DNA of 64,000 nt from Treponema sp. (lineage in GTDB: Bacteria; Spirochaetota; Spirochaetia; Treponematales; Treponemataceae), in assembly GCA_024699235.1 (NCBI GenBank), contig JAILPY010000175.1, positions 10,873 through 74,872 of the forward strand, read 5' to 3'. Below are positions 39,807 to 48,860 of the stretch, in pieces; position 1 is the first letter of the stretch, and each line of letters begins with the position of its first letter. Under the pieces are notes generated by a model, which ran no database searches, had not been told where the DNA came from, and saw nothing but the letters and a program-made list of their open reading frames with translations. Position numbers and translations under genes: made by a program.

Positions 39807-39921
39807 GCTATGTAGTGTAGCATGAAAGGGATAATTGCAAAAGTAGGACTGTTCATGCGTATATTAATCTTCCTTGACTTGGCAGAATGTAAAGAATATT
39901 CTATATATAAGAGGTATTAAC

Positions 39922-40482
39922 ATGAAAAAAGATTTCGGAAAGCAGACCTATATGTTCCCTATGCCTGTCCTTATTATTGCAACTTATGATGAAAATGGAA
40001 TTCCAAATGCAATGAATGCTGCATGGGGAGGAATTCATGACACTAATCAGATTGGAATCTGTCTTAGTCATGAGCATAAAACTGTAAAGAATATTCTTGC
40101 AAAGAAGGCTTTTACCGTAAGTATGGCTGATGTTAAGAATGTTGTTCCATGCGACTATGTCGGAGTTGTATCTGGAAATGATACCAGCAATAAAATTGAG
40201 ATTGCAGGTTGGACGGTAACAAAAAGTCCTAATGTAGATGCTCCTATAATAAATGAACTTCCTATGTGCCTTGAATGTACTCTTGTAAGTTATGACGAAA
40301 AGTCTGACTACATGGTTGCAGACATTGTAAATGTAAGCGCAGAAGAAAATGTTCTTACGGACGGAAAGATAGATGTTGCAAAAGTTAATCCTATAACTTA
40401 TGATCCTGTAAGCCATAAATATTTAAGTCTTGGAGAAGTTGCAGGAACTGCCTTTAAAGACGGACTTAAGCTTAAGAAATAG
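39922..40482 (+). CDS. Flavin reductase family protein
   Basis: PMPVLIIATYD…PNAMNAAWGG, HKTVKNI, DAPII; GAGGT Shine-Dalgarno before ATG 39922. Confidence 0.88.
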   Translation: MKKDFGKQTYMFPMPVLIIATYDENGIPNAMNAAWGGIHDTNQIGICLSHEHKTVKNILAKKAFTVSMADVKNVVPCDYVGVVSGNDTSNKIEIAGWTVTKSPNVDAPIINELPMCLECTLVSYDEKSDYMVADIVNVSAEENVLTDGKIDVAKVNPITYDPVSHKYLSLGEVAGTAFKDGLKLKK

Positions 40483-40514
40483 ATAAGTAGATTAATCTTA
40501 ACGGATTGCACATA

Positions 40515-40541
40515 GTACGGTACTCGTTTGTAGTGCCGTAC
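40515..40541 (+). terminator. Hairpin between flavin reductase and era
   Basis: 10-bp stem GTACGGTACT/AGTGCCGTAC (one G-U); weak U tract. Confidence 0.45.
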
Positions 40542-40582
40542 GCTGTTGCACGTCAATGCTTTTGTGTTTTATAATGAAGCTT

Positions 40583-41530
40583 ATGGATATAAAAGAACAG
40601 GCACAGACAGTGCAGGATCAGCAATTTGAAGAATTGCCGCCAGTCGGACCTAAGACGGCTATGGTTTCAGTTATAGGCCGTCCGTCAGTAGGCAAGTCTA
40701 CATTCTTGAATACTGCAAGCGGAGAAAAAATAAGTATAGTCTCTTCTGTACCGCAGACAACACGTAATGCCATTCGTGGCATTGTAAACACTTCTTTGGG
40801 GCAGTTGGTTTTTATAGATACTCCAGGTCTCCATGAAAGCGAAAAAAAACTGAACCTCATTCTTACTCAGATTGCGGCTGATCAGATGAAGGACTGTGAT
40901 GCAATCCTTTATATAATAGATTCTACCAGAGATCACGGTTCTGAAGAAGAAATGATTGCTTCAATGATAAAACCGTACATAGACAAACTTGTTATAGCTA
41001 TCAACAAGACTGAAGACCCTCGCGCAAATCCTTCTTTAGCGCATGAGTTCATTCAGAAAACTTTTGCAGGCTTTCCTTCTTCACGGGTTGTTGAAATGAG
41101 TGCAAAGGATGACGTAAACGTAAACGATGTACTGAAAGCCCTGTATGATCTGGCTCCTGAAGCACCTCACTTGTATCCAGAAGAATTTTATACTGATCAG
41201 GAAGTAGACTTCCGCATTGCTGAAGTTATTCGCGGCCAGGCAATAAACCGTCTGGAACAGGAACTTCCTCATGCAATCTATGTACGTGTAGAAGACATGA
41301 AGATGGAAAAGTCTAATCTTCTTAAAGTACGTGCCAGTCTGTGCGTTGAACGTGAAAGCCAGAAAGGCATTGTGATTGGTAAGGGCGCTTCCATGATAAA
41401 GACTATAAGGGTCGAATCCATAAAAGAATGCAGGAAGATTTTTCCGTACCGCGTTGACATAGACCTTCAGGTAAAGGTTGATAAGAACTGGAGGCAGAAA
41501 GATGCCACTCTTAACAGGTTGCTCAAATGA
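40583..41530 (+). CDS. era: GTPase Era
   Basis: GRPSVGKST, PQTTR, DTPG, NKTED, KH domain IVIGKGASMIK; start placed at ATG 40583, 7 nt after TATAAT. Confidence 0.95.
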   Translation: MDIKEQAQTVQDQQFEELPPVGPKTAMVSVIGRPSVGKSTFLNTASGEKISIVSSVPQTTRNAIRGIVNTSLGQLVFIDTPGLHESEKKLNLILTQIAADQMKDCDAILYIIDSTRDHGSEEEMIASMIKPYIDKLVIAINKTEDPRANPSLAHEFIQKTFAGFPSSRVVEMSAKDDVNVNDVLKALYDLAPEAPHLYPEEFYTDQEVDFRIAEVIRGQAINRLEQELPHAIYVRVEDMKMEKSNLLKVRASLCVERESQKGIVIGKGASMIKTIRVESIKECRKIFPYRVDIDLQVKVDKNWRQKDATLNRLLK

Positions 41531-42914
41531 TAAAGACACTGCGGTTTCTGAACCTCTGTTTTCAAGCCGTACGTTATGGCAATTGATATGGCCTCTGCTT
41601 GTTGAGCAGCTTTTGCAGATTACCCTTGGCATGGCAGACATAATTATGGTTTCGTCCTTGGGTGAGGCTAGCGTAAGTGGTGTTTCTCTTGTAGACCAGC
41701 TGAATATCCTTATTGTTCAGATATTTGCAGCCCTTGCAACAGGAGGGGCTGTTGTATGTTCTCAATACATAGGAAGAAAAAGTCTTTCCATGGCTCAAAA
41801 GACTGCAATGCAGCTTTTATATGCAACTACTGCTATTGCTGTTTTTTTAGCCGTTACAGGAACTGTTTTTCATAAAGGCATACTTTCGGTTGTCTTTGGC
41901 AATGTTGAGCAGGATGTAATGACTGCCAGCCGCAGGTATTTCCTTATAACTCTGTTAGCGCTTCCTTCCATTGCTATTTATAATGCTGCTGCAGCTATAT
42001 TCCGTTCCCGTGGGAATTCTGGAATAAGCATGTGGATTGCAGCCCTTGTAAATGTTATCAACATTGGAGGCAATGCTATTTTGATTTACGGCTTGCACTG
42101 GGGCGTTGAAGGAGTTGCCGTTCCTACTCTTGTTTCAAGGACTGTAGCAGCAGCGGTTCTCTTTGTGTGCCTTTACAGGGATAGTGATGTCTGCATAAAA
42201 GGAATATTCCATGTTCATATAGACTTTCACCTTATAGGACGCATTCTTCGCATTGGAATTCCAAATGGGCTTGAAGGTTCTACATTTCAGATTGGTAAGA
42301 TTCTTGTGCTGTCATTGATTGCTTCTTATGGAACTTCTGCTATTGCAGCAAATGCTGCTGCAAATACGCTTGCTTCTTTTGAGGTTCTTCCAGGAAATGC
42401 AATTGGCATAGCAATGCTTACGGTTGTAGGGCAGTGCATGGGGGCAAAGGAATACGGTCAGGCGGTGAATTATACCAAAAAGATGATGACGGCTGCATAT
42501 CTGGGATTTCTTGTGCTTAATGTCCCCCTCTTGCTTTTTTCATACAGGATATTGTCTTTTTACGGAATGTCAGAAGAGACGACTCGGTTGGGATGGTATA
42601 TGACGCTGATTCATGGCATATGTGGAATATTCATATGGCCTTTGTCTTTTTCTTTGCCAAATGCCTTGCGCGCTGCAGGCGATTCTTCTTTTACAATGAT
42701 TGTATCTATGGTCAGCATGTGGACTGTACGGGTTGGCTTGAGTTTTGTTCTTAAGGCTACAGGCATATTTGGCCTTGTTGCATTTTTTGGACTCCCAGTA
42801 TCATTTGGCTCTGTTGGAGTGTGGATTTCCATGATTGTAGACTGGATAGTACGCTCTTCCTTTTTTGTTGTTCGCTTTGTACGGGGCAAGTGGAAGCAGA
42901 AGCAGGTTATATAA
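41502..42914 (+). CDS. MATE family efflux transporter
   Basis: 12-TM pattern; LIWPLLVEQ, RIGIPNGLE, ALRAAGD; GGAGG Shine-Dalgarno before ATG 41502. Confidence 0.9.
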   Translation: MPLLTGCSNDKDTAVSEPLFSSRTLWQLIWPLLVEQLLQITLGMADIIMVSSLGEASVSGVSLVDQLNILIVQIFAALATGGAVVCSQYIGRKSLSMAQKTAMQLLYATTAIAVFLAVTGTVFHKGILSVVFGNVEQDVMTASRRYFLITLLALPSIAIYNAAAAIFRSRGNSGISMWIAALVNVINIGGNAILIYGLHWGVEGVAVPTLVSRTVAAAVLFVCLYRDSDVCIKGIFHVHIDFHLIGRILRIGIPNGLEGSTFQIGKILVLSLIASYGTSAIAANAAANTLASFEVLPGNAIGIAMLTVVGQCMGAKEYGQAVNYTKKMMTAAYLGFLVLNVPLLLFSYRILSFYGMSEETTRLGWYMTLIHGICGIFIWPLSFSLPNALRAAGDSSFTMIVSMVSMWTVRVGLSFVLKATGIFGLVAFFGLPVSFGSVGVWISMIVDWIVRSSFFVVRFVRGKWKQKQVI

Positions 42915-42922
42915 GCAGTTTA

Positions 42923-44533
42923 TTAAATGGCTTTGCTTCCAAGCATTTTGCTTATCAGTTCACATTCATGTACGCCATCCATTGCACTGCTTACTATGCC
43001 TCCTGCATATCCAGAACCTTCTCCAGCAGGATACAGGTTTTTGATTGCCGTACATTCGCCAGTCTCTTTGTTCCTCAATATCCTTACAGGAGTGCTTGTT
43101 CGCGTCTCACTTGCAATGAGCAGTGCTTCGGGGCAGACAAAGCCTTTCATGCTTCTGTTGAAATAATTGAAGGCGGAAGCAAGCCTTTCTGTTATTTGCG
43201 GTGGAAGGCATTCCCGTAAATCCCTGCTTACGATGCCTGGGGTGTAGCTCGTCTTAGGAAGATCTGTGCTTACCCTTTTTGCAATGAAATCCTGCATGAG
43301 CTGTGCAGGGGCTTGCTGGCCGTTACCGCATTTAAACGTATTTCTTTCTATATAAGTACGCCACGCAAGACCATTGAGTGCAGGTGCTATGGGACTTGTG
43401 AATTCTGCAGGAATGTCTTCTGGTCGGGTTTCAACGACAATGGCTGCATTGCTCCACTGACTGTTGCGTCCGGCCGCGGACATTCCGTTTACTACAATTT
43501 CTTCAGGTCCTGTTGCACTAGGCACTACAAAACCTCCAGGACACATGCAGAAACTGTATACGCCACGGCCGTCCTGCTGGCTTGTAAGTCGGTATTCTGC
43601 CGCTCCAAGGTGTGAGTCTCTGTTTCCGTGGTACTGTATTTCATCTATGATATGGCGGGGGTGTTCAACTCTGACACCAACCGCAAAAGTCTTTGCTTCT
43701 AGTGCATCAGGTGCTGTCCGTGCAATCATTTCGTATATGTCTGTTGCAGAATGTCCTGTTGCTAAAAGAACTGCATCCGCCATGAACTCTTTTTCTTTTC
43801 CAGTCTTTGTGTTCTTTGTTTTAACTCCCTTTACTGTAATGTTCTCAGCACTGTCAGTTATAAAGTCCGTGCAGCGTGTGTCAAAGTAAAGCTCTGCACC
43901 AAGTTCTTTCAGCTTTGCGTTCATGGCGTTTATTATTGCCGGCAGTTTGTCTGTGCCTATGTGCGGGTGTGCATCTGTAAGGATTTTTTTATCTGCCCCA
44001 AAGTGGGAGAATATCCTTAAAATTGAAGGAATGTCGCCGCGCTTGTTGCTTCTTGTGTAAAGCTTTCCGTCGCTGAAAGTTCCTGCTCCACCTTCGCCAA
44101 AGCAGTAGTTGGAATCTTCATCTACCGTGCCTTTGGTGCTGATTGCTGCAATGTCCCTGCGTCTTTGCCCTGTAGCACTGCCGCGTTCAATGATGATTGG
44201 CTGAATGCCATGCTCTAAAAGCGTGAATGCTCCAAAAAGGCCTGCTGGGCCTGAACCTATTATGATTACTTTTTTGTTTCCGTTTGCATAATGCCATTCA
44301 GGAACGCTGTCGTGATTTGAATCTGGCTTTTCGCCTATGTAAACTTTGTAACGCAGTACAATTTTTACGGAATTGTGGCGGGCATCTATGGATTTTTTTA
44401 CGAAAACGAGAGTTATGGCATTTGAATCAGCTTGTTTTCCTTGTTTTTTTAATGCTTGCAGTATTTCTTGCCTTATGAATTTTTCATCTTTTTCTTTTTC
44501 TGGACTGATTGTAATGGAAACTTCTGTAATCAT
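42923..44533 (-). CDS. FAD-dependent oxidoreductase (COG2509-like)
   Basis: IIGSGPAGLFGA, FGEGGAGTFSDGKL, FCMCPGG, ETRTSTPVRI, GEGSGYAGGIVSSA. Confidence 0.88.
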   Translation of the reverse strand: MITEVSITISPEKEKDEKFIRQEILQALKKQGKQADSNAITLVFVKKSIDARHNSVKIVLRYKVYIGEKPDSNHDSVPEWHYANGNKKVIIIGSGPAGLFGAFTLLEHGIQPIIIERGSATGQRRRDIAAISTKGTVDEDSNYCFGEGGAGTFSDGKLYTRSNKRGDIPSILRIFSHFGADKKILTDAHPHIGTDKLPAIINAMNAKLKELGAELYFDTRCTDFITDSAENITVKGVKTKNTKTGKEKEFMADAVLLATGHSATDIYEMIARTAPDALEAKTFAVGVRVEHPRHIIDEIQYHGNRDSHLGAAEYRLTSQQDGRGVYSFCMCPGGFVVPSATGPEEIVVNGMSAAGRNSQWSNAAIVVETRPEDIPAEFTSPIAPALNGLAWRTYIERNTFKCGNGQQAPAQLMQDFIAKRVSTDLPKTSYTPGIVSRDLRECLPPQITERLASAFNYFNRSMKGFVCPEALLIASETRTSTPVRILRNKETGECTAIKNLYPAGEGSGYAGGIVSSAMDGVHECELISKMLGSKAI

Positions 44534-44717
44534 GCAGTTATTATACAGAAGGTATTATTTTACTGCAAGAAAACTTATGATACTCACAACAAATTCGTGC
44601 GTTGCACTCTTTTCAGTAGATTATTACTTTTGTATAGTTTCTGCATGTCTATTGAAAAAGTTTTGCCTTTATATAAATTATGACATTTGGATTAATCGGA
44701 AAGAGTCTTGAATTGTC

Positions 44718-44760
44718 ATGGCGGCGTAAATATTTTTATATGTTTACGTCGCCGTTTTTT
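44718..44760 (+). terminator. Rho-independent terminator inside a divergent intergenic region
   Basis: About 15-bp stem ATGGCGGCGTAAATA/TGTTTACGTCGCCGT followed by a T run. Confidence 0.7.
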
Positions 44761-44877
44761 GCATTAATTATTTTAAAATATCAACTTTAGTGGATAAATA
44801 CCAAAAAAAATAAGAAAATACTTGCAATTTTTCAAAAGTCAACTGATAATAGATGATGGATATAGGAGTATCTTGTT

Positions 44878-46479
44878 ATGACTACAGAAAAAATTGCAGA
44901 GGAAATTGCCGGAGGAAAGGCAATTCTTGGTATTGAATTTGGTTCTACGCGCATTAAGGCTGTTCTTATTAATTCTGAGAATGAACCTATAGCAAGCGGA
45001 GCTTTTGACTGGGAAAATTCACTTATTGACGGTATTTGGACTTATTCTCTTGATGAAATCCATAACGGAATATCAACTGCTTTTGTTGATATGAAAAAAG
45101 ACGTTCAGTCGAAATATGGCGTAAAATTAACAAAATTGCGCGCTATGGGCATAAGTGCAATGATGCACGGTTATTTGGCTTTTAATAAAGATGATAGGCT
45201 TCTTGTTCCTTTCCGTACTTGGAGAAATACTATTACAGGCGAAGCTTCAGAAAAGCTTTCATGCCTGTTTAACTATCCTATACCTGAGCGCTGGAGCATT
45301 GCTCATCTGTATCAGGCTATCCTTAAGAAAGAAAGTCATGTAAAGGATGTAGCATTCTTTACAACTCTTGCCGGTTATGCACATTGGATGCTGACTGGTG
45401 AAAAGGTTCTTGGCGTTGGAGACGCTTCTGGTATGTTCCCTGTAGATGCTGCAACCGGTGATTATGATAAGGGCATGGTTTCTAAATTTGAAGATCTTGT
45501 TGCTCCTTGCGGTTTTGCATGGAAGCTCAGCAATATATTGCCTAAGTGCCTGCCTGCAGGAGCCAGTGCAGGAACTTTGACTGCTGAAGGTGCAAAATGG
45601 CTTGATCCAGAAGGAACTCTTGAACCTGGAACTCCTCTTGCTCCTCCTGAGGGCGATGCAGGAACAGGCATGGTTGCTACAAATTCTGTTGCACCTCGTA
45701 CAGGTAATGTTTCTGCAGGAACTTCTGTATTTGCAATGGTTGTTTTGGAAAAGGCTCTTTCAAAGGCTTATAATGGATTGATTGACATTGTTGCAACTCC
45801 TGACGGAAAGCCTACTGCAATGGCTCATGCAAATAACTGTACTGGTGAATATGATAAATGGATTAAGATGTTTGGTGCTGCAGCTGAGCTTCTTGGTGCA
45901 AAATTCAGCAAGGGTGAAATGTATGATAAGCTTCTTGCCTGTGCGATGAAAGGCGACAAAGACTGCGGAGGCCTTATTCCTTATAATTATATTTCAGGAG
46001 AAAGCATGACAGGCTTTGCTTCTGGCCGTCCTCTGTTTGTACGTACTCAGAATGCTAAATTTACTCTTGAGAACTTTATGCGCGCCCAGTTGTTTACTGC
46101 CTTGGGAGCTTTGCGTACTGGTATGGATATTCTTTTTGACAGCGAGCATGTAAAGATAGACCGTCTGACCGGTCACGGTGGATTCTTTAAGGCTGAAGAC
46201 GTAGGTCTTCCTGTCATGGCTGCTGCTATGCATACTCCTGTTTCTGCATTGAGTACAGCCGGAGAAGGCGGTCCTTGGGGAATGGCACTCCTTGCTTCTT
46301 TCCTTGTAAATGGAAATGGTGCAAAACTTGCTGACTGGCTGCAGGCAAAGGCTTTTGCCAATGCAAAGGTTTCAACTGTACAGCCGGAAAAGGCTGACAT
46401 TGATGGCTTTAATTCTTTCTTTGCCAATTATAAGAAAGGTCTTGCCGTTGAGCGTGCAGCAGTAGAAAATCTTGACTAA
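44878..46479 (+). CDS. araB: FGGY-family sugar kinase, probable L-ribulokinase
   Basis: LGIEFGSTRIKAVL, ISAMMHGY, PPEGDAGTGM, NVSAGTS; adjacent to araD. Confidence 0.8.
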   Translation: MTTEKIAEEIAGGKAILGIEFGSTRIKAVLINSENEPIASGAFDWENSLIDGIWTYSLDEIHNGISTAFVDMKKDVQSKYGVKLTKLRAMGISAMMHGYLAFNKDDRLLVPFRTWRNTITGEASEKLSCLFNYPIPERWSIAHLYQAILKKESHVKDVAFFTTLAGYAHWMLTGEKVLGVGDASGMFPVDAATGDYDKGMVSKFEDLVAPCGFAWKLSNILPKCLPAGASAGTLTAEGAKWLDPEGTLEPGTPLAPPEGDAGTGMVATNSVAPRTGNVSAGTSVFAMVVLEKALSKAYNGLIDIVATPDGKPTAMAHANNCTGEYDKWIKMFGAAAELLGAKFSKGEMYDKLLACAMKGDKDCGGLIPYNYISGESMTGFASGRPLFVRTQNAKFTLENFMRAQLFTALGALRTGMDILFDSEHVKIDRLTGHGGFFKAEDVGLPVMAAAMHTPVSALSTAGEGGPWGMALLASFLVNGNGAKLADWLQAKAFANAKVSTVQPEKADIDGFNSFFANYKKGLAVERAAVENLD

Positions 46480-46499
46480 AAATTAATGGAGATAAAGAT

Positions 46500-47222
46500 A
46501 TGTCTAAATATCAGACTATAAAGGAGCAGGCTTACGAGGCTAACATGCAGATTCCTGCACAGCATCTTGCTTTGTATACATGGGGAAATGTTTCTGCCTT
46601 TGATAAGGCTGCCGGTGTGTTTGCAATTAAGCCAAGTGGAGTTCCTTATCCTGAGCTTACAGTTGAAAGTATGGTTATTGTAGACCTTGACGGTAAAGTT
46701 GTTGAAGGTGATTTGCGGCCTTCCAGCGATACTCCAACCCATGTTGTTCTTTATAAAGAATTTGCCGTAAATGACGGTGCAAATATAAACGGCATCATTC
46801 ATACGCATTCTACTTATGCTGTGAGCTGGGCTCAGGCAGTTCGCCCTGTACCTCTGTTTGGAACGACTCATGCCGACCATATTCAGACTGAAGTCCCTTG
46901 TACTCCATATCTTTCGGAAGAAGCCGTAAAGAATGATTATGAAAGGGAAACTGGAAATCTGATTGTAAGTCATTTCCGTAATAATCATTTGAATCCTAAT
47001 GAAGTCAATATGGTGCTTGTTGGCGGTCACGGTCCTTTTGCATGGGGTTCTACTGCTGATAAGGCTGTATATAATGCTGCTGTTCTTGAAGAAGTCAGTC
47101 ATATGGCATTGAATACAGTCATGATTCAGCCTGGAGCAACATCCCTGCCTTCTTATATCATTGACAAGCATTATCAGCGTAAGCATGGTCCTAATGCTTA
47201 TTATGGACAGGCAAAGAAATAG
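46500..47222 (+). CDS. araD: L-ribulose-5-phosphate 4-epimerase
   Basis: YTWGNVS, IKPSGV, PSSDTPTH, HTHS, GTTHAD, HGPFAWG, RKHGPNAYYGQ. Confidence 0.92.
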   Translation: MSKYQTIKEQAYEANMQIPAQHLALYTWGNVSAFDKAAGVFAIKPSGVPYPELTVESMVIVDLDGKVVEGDLRPSSDTPTHVVLYKEFAVNDGANINGIIHTHSTYAVSWAQAVRPVPLFGTTHADHIQTEVPCTPYLSEEAVKNDYERETGNLIVSHFRNNHLNPNEVNMVLVGGHGPFAWGSTADKAVYNAAVLEEVSHMALNTVMIQPGATSLPSYIIDKHYQRKHGPNAYYGQAKK

Positions 47223-47264
47223 TCTGCCTTAAATAAGTAATCATACATACATTTTATACTCCTC

Positions 47265-47306
47265 TGTCCTATACGTCTGAAGTTTCAGTGCGTATAGGAC
47301 ATTTTT
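47265..47306 (+). terminator. Rho-independent terminator after araD
   Basis: Perfect 11-bp stem TGTCCTATACG/CGTATAGGACA, inner CTGAA/TTCAG, then T5. Confidence 0.8.
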
Positions 47307-47435
47307 ATTAGAAAAATACTAAAATATTATGAATCCTCCATAAATATCCCTTTATGTTTAAGAATCCATTTGACGAAGGCTGTTAACAAGGATATTATTG
47401 CATGAATATTAAAAATCGTTATTTTGGAGGAAATA

Positions 47436-48644
47436 ATGAAGAAAATGGCAGCTTTACTAGCAGCGGTATGTGCTGTTCTGATTGGTTTTTCTGGGTGTGG
47501 AAAGAAGGACGCTCCTTCTGCCTCCGGATCTAAAGGAAAAGTAACTCTTACTGTATGGGAATCTGTAAACGGTCCTGATGAATTTATCAGGCAGGCAGGA
47601 CTTGCTTACACAAAGACGCATCCTAATGTAGAAATTGAGTTTGTAAATGTAGAAGTTGGCGATGCAGCTGGTCAGATTGCTCTTGACGGTCCTGCTGGTT
47701 TTGGTCCTGATTTATTTGCAGCACCGCATGATAAGCTGGGAGAGCTTGTAACAGGTGGGCATGTTGTTGAAACGGTAAATCCTGCAGAGGTTTCTAAGGA
47801 AGTTCTTGGAACTTGTTCTCAGGCTCTTACTTATGAAGGCAAGATGTTTGGATATCCTATAAGTGCAGAAACTTATGCATTGTTTTATAATAAGGATCTT
47901 ATTTCTGAAAATGATGTTCCAAAAACATGGGAGTCTTTGGCAGAATGGGTAAAGATTTTTAACATAAGAAATCCAAGAAAGTCTGGATTTATTATGGATG
48001 TTGGCAGTGGCTACTATACAATTATCTTTACTACGTCAGAAAATAACCGTCTGTTCGGTTCTTTTGGCACTGATACGACAAAATCATACCTTAACAATGC
48101 GGCTGCCGTAAAAGGTATGAAATTTTTCCAGTCATTGCATTCAATAATTGATGTTCCTGCATCTGATCTTTCTACAGCTGTCTGTGATGCAGCATTCCAG
48201 TCTGGAAATGCTGCAATGTATATTACAGGATTGTGGAATGTTAAATCTTTTGAAGATGCAGGCATTAATTTTGGTGTTGCCCCTTTGCCGGCTTTGCCTG
48301 GAGAAGAAAATCCTGCGGCTTCATTCAGCGGCATCCGCGCTATGTTTGTAAGTTCTTATACAGACCATTCTGAAGAAGCTGCTGACTTTGCACGCTTCCT
48401 TCTTACTCCTGAAATGCAGCAGCTCCGCTTTAATTTGACAGGAGCGATGCCTTCTATTGATACGAATGTTAACAGCAAGTACATGGCAGGTTTCTTGAAG
48501 CAGCTTGAATTTGCATTTCCAATGCCTTCAATTCCTGAAATGTCAGCATTCTGGGATACAATGGATAATGCTAGCAAGAACATTTGGGACGGTGCAGATG
48601 TTCAGAAAGAGCTTGATGCCTGTAATGCAGCTATCATAAAATAA
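47436..48644 (+). CDS. Maltodextrin/arabinogalactan-type ABC substrate-binding lipoprotein (MalE/GanS-like)
   Basis: FSGC lipobox; LDGPAGFGPDLFAAPHDKLG; PMPSIPEMSAFW; own promoter TTGACG-17-TATTAT and GGAGG Shine-Dalgarno. Confidence 0.87.
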   Translation: MKKMAALLAAVCAVLIGFSGCGKKDAPSASGSKGKVTLTVWESVNGPDEFIRQAGLAYTKTHPNVEIEFVNVEVGDAAGQIALDGPAGFGPDLFAAPHDKLGELVTGGHVVETVNPAEVSKEVLGTCSQALTYEGKMFGYPISAETYALFYNKDLISENDVPKTWESLAEWVKIFNIRNPRKSGFIMDVGSGYYTIIFTTSENNRLFGSFGTDTTKSYLNNAAAVKGMKFFQSLHSIIDVPASDLSTAVCDAAFQSGNAAMYITGLWNVKSFEDAGINFGVAPLPALPGEENPAASFSGIRAMFVSSYTDHSEEAADFARFLLTPEMQQLRFNLTGAMPSIDTNVNSKYMAGFLKQLEFAFPMPSIPEMSAFWDTMDNASKNIWDGADVQKELDACNAAIIK

Positions 48645-48860
48645 TTTTTACAGTTTTTTTCTGTCTGATAAATTGTCTGGCTTTTGCCTGGCAATTTATT
48701 GGCAGTTCAATAATATGATGTTGTTTTATATTGACCACGCTTTCAATTTTTGAATTCACTTGCATGTCAGGTCCTGGCATTAGGATTTTATTGTTTCTAT
48801 ATTAGATATTGCTTTTTTCTTTCTTTTTAGAGTAATATAGAAGAAAAAAGGTGTTGAAAA

